DNA of 64,000 bases from an uncultured Sediminicola sp. GTDB taxonomy: Bacteria > Bacteroidota > Bacteroidia > Flavobacteriales > Flavobacteriaceae. Positions 36,122 through 45,039 of this stretch are shown piece by piece. Positions within the stretch are counted from its first letter, which is position 1, and every line of letters starts with the position of its first letter. A program made the translations under genes and the position numbers. Where the stretch lies: contig CAXBDK010000010.1 of the NCBI GenBank assembly GCA_963974715.1, positions 128,067-192,066 of the forward strand. Direction: 5' to 3'. The notes under the pieces were generated by a model that saw nothing but the letters and a program-made list of their open reading frames with translations, was not told where the DNA came from and searched no databases.

Positions 36122-37813
36122 TTATTTTCTGTAAAAGGTGCTTGTAAAGGTACTGCTATTGCCCACATTGTCCATAACGGTCACTTTTAGGTCGTATTGT
36201 GTTCCCTCAAAATCCTTGTCCTCAAAGTTATAGGTGATGGTATTGGTCTTGGTCTCGTACTCCATAAGGATCCATTCCCCGTTGAGCGTAGCGGAGTAGG
36301 AATCCACCCCGCTCAGGTCGTCCCGAATGGTCAGGCTGAGGTAGCGGTAATTTGTCAACCATTGTTTGTCCTTAAAATTCTTTGCCTTGATGGTGGGGGC
36401 CACTGTATCCTTGGCCAAGGTATAGACCCCTAGGTTCCGGGTCCGTGTGGTAAAGGTGTTGTCCCGTCGGTACGTAGTGGTATGGTTGGGCCTCAAGCGG
36501 CCGTCGAGCCGGGCAATGAACATTTTTTCACGGTCTTCCGGAGCGAAACGGGAAGCATCGAAACTAAGGGTGAAATCCCTATGTGCCGGAACGCTGTTGT
36601 TATGTACGGTAACGGTATCGGTACCATTTTTAAGATCTATATAAAAATCCTCGTAAAAAGTATTTGCCGGAAAATAGACCTTTGCGGCCCCAAGATCATA
36701 ATTGTTGGGTCTTTTGGCAATGAGATAATTGGAGGTCCTTTTCTCCTCTTTTTTGATCTCCAGGGGCTGTTGCTTGCCTTCTACGGGGATGACCAGTTTC
36801 GTAAGGTTTCCATCCAGGTCCTTCAGAAGGATTTCCACGGTATAGCTCATCCCTTCTGCTACCACTATTTTTCCATCATTTTTAAGCTCGCGGTAGATTG
36901 TAAGGGCATTTCCGGGAGAGCGGAAACATTTGGTGATCCATTTTCGGTACTTTCCAAAATAATCGTAATCGATCAAGGTGTTTATGTATCGTGTCTCGGC
37001 AAAGGAGAACTGCTCAAAATCAAATTTGGTATACATTTCGCCGTTAACAAGTTGTTCAATGGAATAGACACCATTTTTATTTGCCGCCAGGTCTTGCCTG
37101 TCATAGGCGTTGACCCCAAAACCAATCGTGCCGGAGGCATATACCGTATTGGCCAGGTAACTGCCGTCGGGCTGTTTTGTATAGTTGATCTGTACCAGAT
37201 CGTTGCTACGGTTTATTTGGGCGTCGGCCGATAGTGAATATCCGTAGAGTCCCAGTAGGGTGGGGTTGGTCGCATCCCTTACTTCAAACCCGTAGAGCAA
37301 TGGATTGGTGGCCCTTTCGGAAACGGTCTTTCTGATCTCAAAATGGAGGTGCGGCCCTGCGGAACCTCCTGTATTCCCGCTATAGGCTATAAGGCCTCCC
37401 TTGGCCACCGGCAATTCCCCATAGTCGGGGAAGATCTCCACTTCATAAGCCTGCTTTTCGTATTGTATCTTTTTGATATGCGCCTCCAGTTCCGGGGAAA
37501 ATTTTTGAAGATGGCCGTAGACCGATGTATATCCATTGGGATGGGTAACGTAGATGACCTTTCCATAGCCCCAAAGGGAAACCTTGATCCTTGTAACGGA
37601 ACCTTCCCCAACGGAATATATGGGAAGGCCTTCCCTTTGTTGCGTCTTTATATCGATTCCGGAATGGAAATGGTTCGATCTCAACTCCCCAAAATTTCCT
37701 GCCAGCACCAAAGGGATGTCCAAAGGGGGCACAAATTCCCCTTTTGGAAATTCTTCCTGTGCGAAAAGTGACATCGAAAAGAAAAGCAGCAACCAAAAAC
37801 CGGTTAATTTCAT
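36122..37813 (-). CDS. M23 family metallopeptidase, secreted, with C-terminal extension
   Basis: HFHSGID, YGHL and GPHLHFE; ATG 37813 gives a signal peptide. Confidence 0.9.
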   Translation of the reverse strand: MKLTGFWLLLFFSMSLFAQEEFPKGEFVPPLDIPLVLAGNFGELRSNHFHSGIDIKTQQREGLPIYSVGEGSVTRIKVSLWGYGKVIYVTHPNGYTSVYGHLQKFSPELEAHIKKIQYEKQAYEVEIFPDYGELPVAKGGLIAYSGNTGGSAGPHLHFEIRKTVSERATNPLLYGFEVRDATNPTLLGLYGYSLSADAQINRSNDLVQINYTKQPDGSYLANTVYASGTIGFGVNAYDRQDLAANKNGVYSIEQLVNGEMYTKFDFEQFSFAETRYINTLIDYDYFGKYRKWITKCFRSPGNALTIYRELKNDGKIVVAEGMSYTVEILLKDLDGNLTKLVIPVEGKQQPLEIKKEEKRTSNYLIAKRPNNYDLGAAKVYFPANTFYEDFYIDLKNGTDTVTVHNNSVPAHRDFTLSFDASRFAPEDREKMFIARLDGRLRPNHTTTYRRDNTFTTRTRNLGVYTLAKDTVAPTIKAKNFKDKQWLTNYRYLSLTIRDDLSGVDSYSATLNGEWILMEYETKTNTITYNFEDKDFEGTQYDLKVTVMDNVGNSSTFTSTFYRK

Positions 37814-37952
37814 AATAAAATATAAGTTGGTGCGAAAGTAATTAATACCTACCAAATGGTAAAGTCGCAGCCCCTTAATTAACACAAACCGCAATATTTG
37901 AAGCAATTGTGGGAGAAGGGATGTGGCTCAAAAAGAATAATTGAAAAAAGTA

Positions 37953-37983
37953 TTGCGAGGTACTTCTAGGTATGTTAACTTTG
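37953..37983 (+). promoter_or_regulatory. Bacteroidota primary-sigma promoter of the zapB-like/zapA unit
   Basis: TTG (37953-37955), 20 nt, TAACTTTG (37976-37983). Confidence 0.65.
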
Positions 37984-38007
37984 TGTAAAATGCATTGAAA
38001 TTTGCAC

Positions 38008-38298
38008 ATGGGTGAACTAGTGGAAATTGTTGATTCCTTAGAAAATAAAATTAGCAAGCTACTCCATAAAATGGAGCTGTTGAATCAAGTTAATTTAAAA
38101 TTGGAAAGAGAATTGGCGGCCCTTCAAAAGGAACATCGGCGTGCGGAAAATGACGTGTTGGAATGGGAGGAAAAATACAATTCACTCAAACTTGCAAGTT
38201 CAATGCTGGGCGGTAATACCAACAAAACGGAAGCTAAGCTTAAAATAAACACATTGATCAGGGAGTTGGACCATTGCATAGCGCAACTAGCTGAATAA
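38008..38298 (+). CDS. Coiled-coil protein upstream of zapA (ZapB-like)
   Basis: Heptad-rich, ends KINTLIRELDHCIAQLAE; conserved position next to zapA. Confidence 0.75.
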   Translation: MGELVEIVDSLENKISKLLHKMELLNQVNLKLERELAALQKEHRRAENDVLEWEEKYNSLKLASSMLGGNTNKTEAKLKINTLIRELDHCIAQLAE

Positions 38299-38311
38299 TG
38301 TTAAGAATAAA

Positions 38312-38608
38312 ATGTCGGAAAAACTCAAAATCAAACTTTCAATAGCGGACAGGGTCTATCCTTTGACCATTGATCCAAGTCAGGAGGAAGGATTGCGAAG
38401 GGCGGCAAAGAATATTGAGCAACTGGCCAAAAAATTTGAGCAGAGTTATGCTGTGCGGGACAAACAGGACGTCCTTGCCATGTGCGCTTTGCAGTTTGCT
38501 TCCAAAATTGAGCAGAAGGGCATAGAACAATCGGAAGATACGAAAGAGGTCGGCGAGCGACTTAGGGCGCTGGATCAACTTGTTGCCTCCAAGCTGGAAA
38601 TAAAATAA
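38312..38608 (+). CDS. zapA: Cell division protein ZapA
   Basis: IADRVYPLTI...EEGLRRAAK...DKQDVLAMCAL. Confidence 0.88.
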   Translation: MSEKLKIKLSIADRVYPLTIDPSQEEGLRRAAKNIEQLAKKFEQSYAVRDKQDVLAMCALQFASKIEQKGIEQSEDTKEVGERLRALDQLVASKLEIK

Positions 38609-38630
38609 GTTCTTTAAAATAATAACGTTA

Positions 38631-38800
38631 CTGCCCACATTGGTAATAATTTTTGACAAACTCAACACTAATACGTTTAAAGAGGGTGAGTTTAGATTGT
38701 AAAAGCAGGCCTTACCCGTATAAGGATCCTTGATCAGTCTGGTAGCCCTAAACCTGTTTATCGGAGTTTGTACAAAACCCCTCCAATGTGGGCTTTTTTT
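38631..38800 (+). ncRNA. ssrS: 6S RNA (6S-Flavo type), approximate bounds
   Basis: Closing helix GCCCACATTGG (38633-43)/CCAATGTGGGC (38783-93) followed by a T-tract; inner helix ACAAACTC/GAGTTTGT; AT-rich bubble; zapA-rny location. Confidence 0.78.
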
Positions 38801-38817
38801 TTACTAATTTTCAAACT

Positions 38818-40386
38818 ATGGAAAGTACTATAATGATAATAACAGGCCTTGTGGGCCTAGCGATTGGTTTTGCCATCGCCAAAATGTTGGAAAAGGGAAA
38901 AGCTTCCAAAACCATTTACAATGCCAAAAAAGAGGCCGCTTCCATTATAAAGGAAGCAGAGCTGCTTGGTGAGAGTACCAAAAAGGACAAAATCTTCCAA
39001 GCAAAGGAAAAATTTCTGGAGCTGAAGGCCGAACACGAAAAGGTGATCATTGCAAAGGACAAAAAAATTGCCGAATCGGAAAAAAGGGCACGCGACAAGG
39101 AGTCGCAAATGAGCAACGAACTGGCCAAGAACAAGAAGTTGAACGATCAATTGGAAGTGCAGCTTAAAGACTTGGAATACAAGAGCGAAATTTTGGACAA
39201 GCGACAATCCGAGCTGGAGAAATTGCACAAAAGCCAGGTACAGCAATTGGAGGTCATTTCCCAATTATCCGCCGAGGATGCAAAGAGCCAGTTAATGGAA
39301 TCCCTTAAGGAAACCGCTAAGTCCGATGCCATGGCATTTATTCAGGCCACCGTGGAAGAGGCCAAACTTACCGCACAGCAGGAAGCCAAGAAAATCGTCA
39401 TCAATACCATTCAAAGGATAGGCACCGAGGAAGCTGTGGAAAACTGTGTATCGGTATTTAACCTTGAATCCGATGATGTAAAAGGACGTATCATAGGCCG
39501 TGAAGGCCGTAATATAAGGGCCCTAGAGGCCGCAACAGGGGTCGAGATCATTGTGGACGATACCCCGGAAGCGATCATACTTTCCTGTTTTGATTCCGTA
39601 CGACGGGAGGTCGCACGCCTGTCCCTTCACAAATTGGTGACAGATGGACGTATCCACCCCGCACGTATAGAAGAGGTGGTAAAGAAAACGGAGAAACAGA
39701 TAGAGGAAGAGATCGTGGAAATCGGTAAGCGTACGGTGATCGACCTAGGTATACACGGACTCCATCCCGAGTTGATAAAGGCGATCGGAAGAATGAAATA
39801 CAGGTCTTCCTACGGGCAGAACCTTTTACAGCATTCCAGGGAAGTTGCAAAACTTTGTGGGGTAATGGCTGCAGAATTGGGCCTAAACCCAAAAATTGCC
39901 AAAAGGGCCGGTTTGTTGCACGATATCGGAAAAGTCCCCAATACCGAGGTAGAAGTGGAGACCCCGCATGCCATTTTAGGGATGCAGTGGGCCGAAAAAT
40001 ACGGTGAAAAACCAGAGGTTTGCAATGCCATCGGCGCCCACCATGATGAAATTGAAATGAAGACCCTTATCGCCCCCATTATACAGGTCTGCGATGCCAT
40101 CAGCGGTGCAAGACCGGGCGCTAGGAGACAGGTGTTGGATTCCTATATACAAAGGCTAAAGGATTTGGAGGATATCGCCTTTGGTTTTGGAGGGGTACAA
40201 AAAGCATATGCCATACAGGCAGGACGGGAATTGAGGGTAATAGTGGAGAGCGAGCGGGTAAGCGATGAAAAGGCCGCCGAGCTCTCTTTTGAGATTTCCC
40301 AAAAAATACAAACGGATATGACCTACCCAGGTCAGGTAAAGGTTACGGTAATACGGGAGACCCGTTCCGTACACGTTGCCAAATAG
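38818..40386 (+). CDS. rny: Ribonuclease Y
   Basis: N-terminal TM, coiled coil, KH domain ([13 protein letters not shown]) and HD domain (LLHDIGK). Confidence 0.97.
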   Translation: MESTIMIITGLVGLAIGFAIAKMLEKGKASKTIYNAKKEAASIIKEAELLGESTKKDKIFQAKEKFLELKAEHEKVIIAKDKKIAESEKRARDKESQMSNELAKNKKLNDQLEVQLKDLEYKSEILDKRQSELEKLHKSQVQQLEVISQLSAEDAKSQLMESLKETAKSDAMAFIQATVEEAKLTAQQEAKKIVINTIQRIGTEEAVENCVSVFNLESDDVKGRIIGREGRNIRALEAATGVEIIVDDTPEAIILSCFDSVRREVARLSLHKLVTDGRIHPARIEEVVKKTEKQIEEEIVEIGKRTVIDLGIHGLHPELIKAIGRMKYRSSYGQNLLQHSREVAKLCGVMAAELGLNPKIAKRAGLLHDIGKVPNTEVEVETPHAILGMQWAEKYGEKPEVCNAIGAHHDEIEMKTLIAPIIQVCDAISGARPGARRQVLDSYIQRLKDLEDIAFGFGGVQKAYAIQAGRELRVIVESERVSDEKAAELSFEISQKIQTDMTYPGQVKVTVIRETRSVHVAK

Positions 40387-40405
40387 TACCGACTATATAC
40401 CTTTG

Positions 40406-40435
40406 AAAAAACAGGCAGCTAGCCTGTTTTTTTTT
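40406..40435. terminator. Terminator after rny
   Basis: AAAAAACAGGC-AGCTA-GCCTGTTTTTTTTT. Confidence 0.85.
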
Positions 40436-40505
40436 GCTACGCCCGGATAGATTTCCAAATGAAGGCGAATTTTTAAAACGTGGACTTTGTTAGGGATATG
40501 GGCGG

Positions 40506-40976
40506 TTATGCTCTATGACTGTCCTGATACCGCGTTAAAAGGGTATTTGTCCGTTCCTTTAATTTATAGGAAAAAACAGGGGTCCATCCAAATAGCAGCC
40601 CCTTCATTCCCATGGCCTGTCTGGCCCAGGCATAAAGATCGAAAGAATCGGTGTGTTTTAAAATCTTGCCATCCAAGAGTTCAAATTCGGCCTTTACGAT
40701 GTTGTGGACCCTTCTCCCGGTCCCGCTAAAGGTATAATGGGCCTCCCATGTGGCACTGCCACGGTCTTGCGATAGTTGTATATGCTTGGCGACCACCTTA
40801 AAATCCTTTCCTTTTTGGGAATCGCAGAGCATACGCCACATATCCTTTGCCCGATCGCCCTTTAGCGCCCCGAAGGCGGGATCAACAAAAAGGATGTCAT
40901 CATGGTAACAGGCCACCATTTTTTCCGATTCCAGATCTTGAAAGGCCGTATAAAATTCTGCGATTGGATTTTCCAT
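40506..40976 (-). CDS. NTF2/SnoaL-like protein
   Basis: FYTAFQDL, YHDDILFVDPAFG, WEAHYTFS, GRRVHN and HTDSFD. Confidence 0.85.
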   Translation of the reverse strand: MENPIAEFYTAFQDLESEKMVACYHDDILFVDPAFGALKGDRAKDMWRMLCDSQKGKDFKVVAKHIQLSQDRGSATWEAHYTFSGTGRRVHNIVKAEFELLDGKILKHTDSFDLYAWARQAMGMKGLLFGWTPVFSYKLKERTNTLLTRYQDSHRA

Positions 40977-41074
40977 GGGAAGGTCGGTTTTGATGGGCAC
41001 TGGTTGCAACAAGGTACAAAATTGGTCACATACGGCAATGCACGCCTTTAAAATCCCAATTTGTTGTATATTTA

Positions 41075-41806
41075 ATGCCTATGATAAAAGATACAAAACT
41101 TGCCGTACTGATCGACGGCGATAACATCCCGGCGAAATATGTGAACGAGATGATGGAGGAAATCACCAAGTACGGTACTCCCACGATCAAGAGAATTTAC
41201 GGGGATTGGACAAAGCCGCATTTGGTGAAATGGAAGAACATTTTATTGGAAAATGCCATTAATCCGATGCAGCAATACAGCTATACCGTAGGGAAGAACG
41301 CGACGGATTCGGCCATGATCATCGATGCCATGGATATCTTATATTCAAATAGGGTGGACGGGTTTTGCCTGGTCTCCTCAGATAGCGACTTTACCCGTTT
41401 GGCCACCCGTTTAAGGGAGGCGGGGCTTCAAGTTTTCGGAATAGGGGAAAAGAAGACCCCTGATCCGTTTATAGTGGCGTGTGATAAATTCATATACCTT
41501 GAAATCCTTAAAACGGGCGAAAAGCAGGACGGACAGGAAAGTAACAAGAAGGTGGAGGTCGATAAAATAACCCCTAATGTGCTCCGGTTGTTGCGAAATT
41601 CCGTTGCCGATGCCGCCGACGAGGATGGATGGGCATTTTTGGGGGATGTGGGGTCGTTGATCCTTAAAAAACAGCCCAATTTTGATGCCAGGAACTTTGG
41701 TTTCGAAAAATTGACGCCCTTGTTCAAATCCCTATCACAATTTGAGGTGGACCATAGGGACCAGAGCAATGGGAGGTTTAAATTGGTATACGTACGAAAT
41801 AGGTAA
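41075..41806 (+). CDS. NYN domain protein with C-terminal OST-HTH/LOTUS domain
   Basis: LIDGDN, GKNATDSAMIIDAM and VSSDSDF (PIN-like acidic residues); GWAFLGDVG...FDARNFGFEKL (LOTUS). Confidence 0.9.
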   Translation: MPMIKDTKLAVLIDGDNIPAKYVNEMMEEITKYGTPTIKRIYGDWTKPHLVKWKNILLENAINPMQQYSYTVGKNATDSAMIIDAMDILYSNRVDGFCLVSSDSDFTRLATRLREAGLQVFGIGEKKTPDPFIVACDKFIYLEILKTGEKQDGQESNKKVEVDKITPNVLRLLRNSVADAADEDGWAFLGDVGSLILKKQPNFDARNFGFEKLTPLFKSLSQFEVDHRDQSNGRFKLVYVRNR

Positions 41807-41869
41807 CCACTGTTTTGGGAAGGACGATCGCGGCAAAAGCGGCTTCTGGACCGTTTTCATTTTAAGGAA

Positions 41870-41898
41870 TTGAACCTAAAAAATAAGGTGTACCTTTG
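41870..41898 (+). promoter_or_regulatory. Promoter of the DEAD-box helicase
   Basis: TTG (41870-72), 18 nt, TACCTTTG (41891-98). Confidence 0.6.
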
Positions 41899-41948
41899 TG
41901 GCCTCATAAAAGATGGCCATATAGTGGGTCATTTCTTAAATAAATTAT

Positions 41949-43208
41949 ATGTCATTTAAATCTTTGGGCCTATCCGACGCCCTGTTGAAAGCAATCGACA
42001 AAAAAGGATACACCACCCCTTCACCTATTCAGGCAAAAGCCATTCCCTTAATTTTGGAAAGAAAGGATGTCTTGGCATCGGCACAAACGGGAACGGGAAA
42101 AACAGCAGGATTTACGTTACCATTATTGCAGATACTTTCGCAGTCCCAAACGTTGAGAAAAAGACCCGTTAGGGCGCTGGTATTGACCCCTACACGGGAA
42201 CTGGCGGCACAGGTCTATGAGAACGTTCGGGAATACAGCGTTTTTTTGGATATAAAGTCGGCCGTAATCTTTGGGGGGGTAAATGCCAACCCACAGATAT
42301 CCACGCTGAAAAATGGTGTGGATATCCTGGTCGCCACACCGGGACGTTTATTGGATCTATTGGGCCAACGGGCCCTGACTTTGGACAGTATCGAAATCTT
42401 GGTACTGGATGAGGCCGACAGAATGTTGGATATGGGATTCCTTCGGGATATCAAGAAAATTTTGAACCTTATGCCTTCCAAAAGGCAGAACCTGCTATTT
42501 TCGGCCACTTTTTCAAAGGAAATAAAACAACTGGCCAACGGATTTTTGCACCACCCGGTATTGGTGGAGGCAACGCCCCAAAATACCACTGCCGAAAAAG
42601 TGGACCAATTGGTCTATAGGGTGGACAAGAGCCGTAAACCGGAATTGGTCATTAAACTGATTTCCGAAGGTGATTGGCAACAGGTCCTTATTTTTACACG
42701 GACCAAGCACGGAGCCAACAGGCTTAGTGAAAAACTGAACAAAAGCGATATCACCGCTGCGCCCATACATGGGAATAAAAGTCAGGGGGCCCGTACAAAG
42801 GCCTTGGACGGTTTTAAGAAAGGTACCATCCGGGTGTTGGTGGCCACTGATATTGCGGCACGTGGACTGGATATACCCTTACTGCCACATGTGATCAATT
42901 TTGAACTGCCAAATGTGCCAGAGGATTATGTGCACAGGATCGGAAGGACCGGGAGGGCAGGGGCCAGTGGGGAGGCCATTTCCCTGGTCTCCATGGATGA
43001 GGTGGAATTCGTACGTGGAATAGAGAAATTATTGGGACATAAATTACCCAGTGAAATCCTATCGGGCTTCGAACCCAGTGGAAAACCGGAACCCGAAGAA
43101 GTGGACGATAGGGGTCCTAGGCCACCAAGGGGCCGTGGGGCCCAAGGAAGCAAGAATCCAAGGCCCAAAAGATTTGGGAACAACCGGCCTGGGGGAAACA
43201 GGAACTGA
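41949..43208 (+). CDS. DEAD-box RNA helicase (RhlE-like)
   Basis: [29 protein letters not shown] and [10 protein letters not shown]; basic RG/RP-rich tail. Confidence 0.95.
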   Translation: MSFKSLGLSDALLKAIDKKGYTTPSPIQAKAIPLILERKDVLASAQTGTGKTAGFTLPLLQILSQSQTLRKRPVRALVLTPTRELAAQVYENVREYSVFLDIKSAVIFGGVNANPQISTLKNGVDILVATPGRLLDLLGQRALTLDSIEILVLDEADRMLDMGFLRDIKKILNLMPSKRQNLLFSATFSKEIKQLANGFLHHPVLVEATPQNTTAEKVDQLVYRVDKSRKPELVIKLISEGDWQQVLIFTRTKHGANRLSEKLNKSDITAAPIHGNKSQGARTKALDGFKKGTIRVLVATDIAARGLDIPLLPHVINFELPNVPEDYVHRIGRTGRAGASGEAISLVSMDEVEFVRGIEKLLGHKLPSEILSGFEPSGKPEPEEVDDRGPRPPRGRGAQGSKNPRPKRFGNNRPGGNRN

Positions 43209-43270
43209 TTGGGACCGTTTTTCGATCTCATCGAAGGGCATGGTACTTTATCGTACAATTGAAAGAATAT

Positions 43271-43302
43271 AAAAAGGGGCCTGATGTATCCAGGCCCCTT
43301 TT
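43271..43302. terminator. Bidirectional terminator
   Basis: AAAAAGGGGCCTG-ATGTATC-CAGGCCCCTTTT. Confidence 0.88.
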
Positions 43303-43324
43303 AAATGTTGGCACCTATCGATAG

Positions 43325-44818
43325 TTAGGCAAGTAAATTGGAATCTTCCGTTGGGTGGTCTATCTGCAAACAGTCGTACACTTCCGCTATGCTGTTCTGG
43401 TTATCCGAAATGATGATCAGAATATCATTTTCATCAAGAATGGTAGCCCCATTGGGCGTGATGAATTTATTGTTTCGGTTGATCATTGCGATAAGGGAGG
43501 ATTTCGGAAAGTGAAGTTCCACTATTTTCTTTCCGATAGCAAAAGAATCGGGCTCGATTTCCACTTCCGTAATGGCCGTTTTCGCCTTTTCCGACATAAA
43601 TAGATCTATGGAGTTCCGTTTCTTTACCTTTTCGGGTAGGGCCACGTGCAGCCATTTTGCGACTATGGAAATAGTGGTTCCCTGGATAAGTACCGAAGTC
43701 AGGGAGATGAAAAATACAATGTTGAAGATCATCTCCGCCTTTTCTATGCCCGCCAAGAGCGGATACGTCGCAAACACGATGGGTACCGCCCCCCGAAGGC
43801 CCACCCATGATATATACAGACGCCGCCTCATCTTCATTTTAAAGAATAGAAGGCCCAATAGAACACTTAAGGGTCGTGCTATAAAAATGAGGAAAAGCGA
43901 TATAAGCAGTCCTATACCTATTACGGGCAGGATATGGGATGGATACACCAGCAACCCCAAGGTGAGGAAGAGGATGATCTGCATGAGCCATGCCAGTCCA
44001 TCGAACATTTTTAAAATGGTCTTTTTGTGGATCAGATCTTGATTGCCCAAATATACCGCACAGAGGTAGACCGCCAAAAAGCCGTTTCCACCAATGGTAT
44101 CCGTAGCCGAAAAGGTGATGAACATCAGTGCGATGACCAGAACAGGGTACAGTCCCTCAAAATCCAGGGAAATTTTATTGATGATATAGGTGCTCAATTT
44201 TCCAAAGAGTATTCCGGTTATGCCCCCGATCACCATCTGCATTAAAAATAGGGGGATTATGGACAAAATCCCTTTTTCGGGATCCATGACCAGACCTAAA
44301 AATGCAATGGTCAGCACATATGCCATGGGATCGTTACTTCCGCTCTCCAGCTCCAAGGTAGGCCGTAAATTGGTTTTTAGGGCGAGGCTTTTGGATCGCA
44401 GGATGGAAAATACCGCTGCCGCATCGGTAGAGGAAACGATGGCGCCAAGAAGGATGCCCTCATAAATCGTAAAATCGGTAATGGCCCATACAAAAGTGCC
44501 CAGCGATAGGGCGGTGAGCAGTACCCCAACTGTAGAAAGGGTGATTCCCTGCCATAGGACCGGCCTGATGGAAGGCCAACTGGTGTCCAGCCCCCCCGAA
44601 AAAAGGATGAAGTTCAGGGAAATGATACCGATGAACTGCGCCAATTTATAATCCCCAAAATCAATTTTACCGATTCCTTCCGAACCGGCCAACATCCCCA
44701 CCACAAGGAAGAGTATCAAGGTGGGCACCCCGAATTTATAGGAAGTTTTTCCTGCAACGACACTTATAAAGAGCAAAAGGGAACCAATTAAAAGAAAGTT
44801 TTCCAATGTAAGGTCCAT
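43325..44818 (-). CDS. cvrA: K+/H+ antiporter NhaP2/CvrA with TrkA-C domain
   Basis: TDAAAVFS, LELESGSNDP, WVGLRGAVPI and a C-terminal TrkA-C domain. TAACTTTG -7 element at 44848-55 (minus strand). Confidence 0.88.
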   Translation of the reverse strand: MDLTLENFLLIGSLLLFISVVAGKTSYKFGVPTLILFLVVGMLAGSEGIGKIDFGDYKLAQFIGIISLNFILFSGGLDTSWPSIRPVLWQGITLSTVGVLLTALSLGTFVWAITDFTIYEGILLGAIVSSTDAAAVFSILRSKSLALKTNLRPTLELESGSNDPMAYVLTIAFLGLVMDPEKGILSIIPLFLMQMVIGGITGILFGKLSTYIINKISLDFEGLYPVLVIALMFITFSATDTIGGNGFLAVYLCAVYLGNQDLIHKKTILKMFDGLAWLMQIILFLTLGLLVYPSHILPVIGIGLLISLFLIFIARPLSVLLGLLFFKMKMRRRLYISWVGLRGAVPIVFATYPLLAGIEKAEMIFNIVFFISLTSVLIQGTTISIVAKWLHVALPEKVKKRNSIDLFMSEKAKTAITEVEIEPDSFAIGKKIVELHFPKSSLIAMINRNNKFITPNGATILDENDILIIISDNQNSIAEVYDCLQIDHPTEDSNLLA

Positions 44819-44946
44819 GAGCAATGTTACTTAGGTTGATCAACTTTCAAAGTTAGGGAATAGATCGGGTCAACGACCCATTTTTTTTGGACTATTCCGT
44901 ATCCTTCCACCGATTAGGTCCCCATCTGGCAGAGCTTGATACATAT

Positions 44947-44983
44947 TAAAAAAAGCCACTGGGCCATATCCAGTGACTTTTAT
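44947..44983 (-). terminator. Terminator after the DUF349 gene
   Basis: AAAAAGCCACTGG...CCAGTGACTTTT hairpin. Confidence 0.65.
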
Positions 44984-45039
44984 CTTATGACAGGGACACT
45001 ATCCAAGGGACATACCCTCTTTGTAATCCTTAACTGTTT

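Noticed and set aside
41722-41731. GTTCAAATCC, resembling a tRNA T-loop
   Set aside because: Lies inside the NYN coding sequence with no cloverleaf around it.
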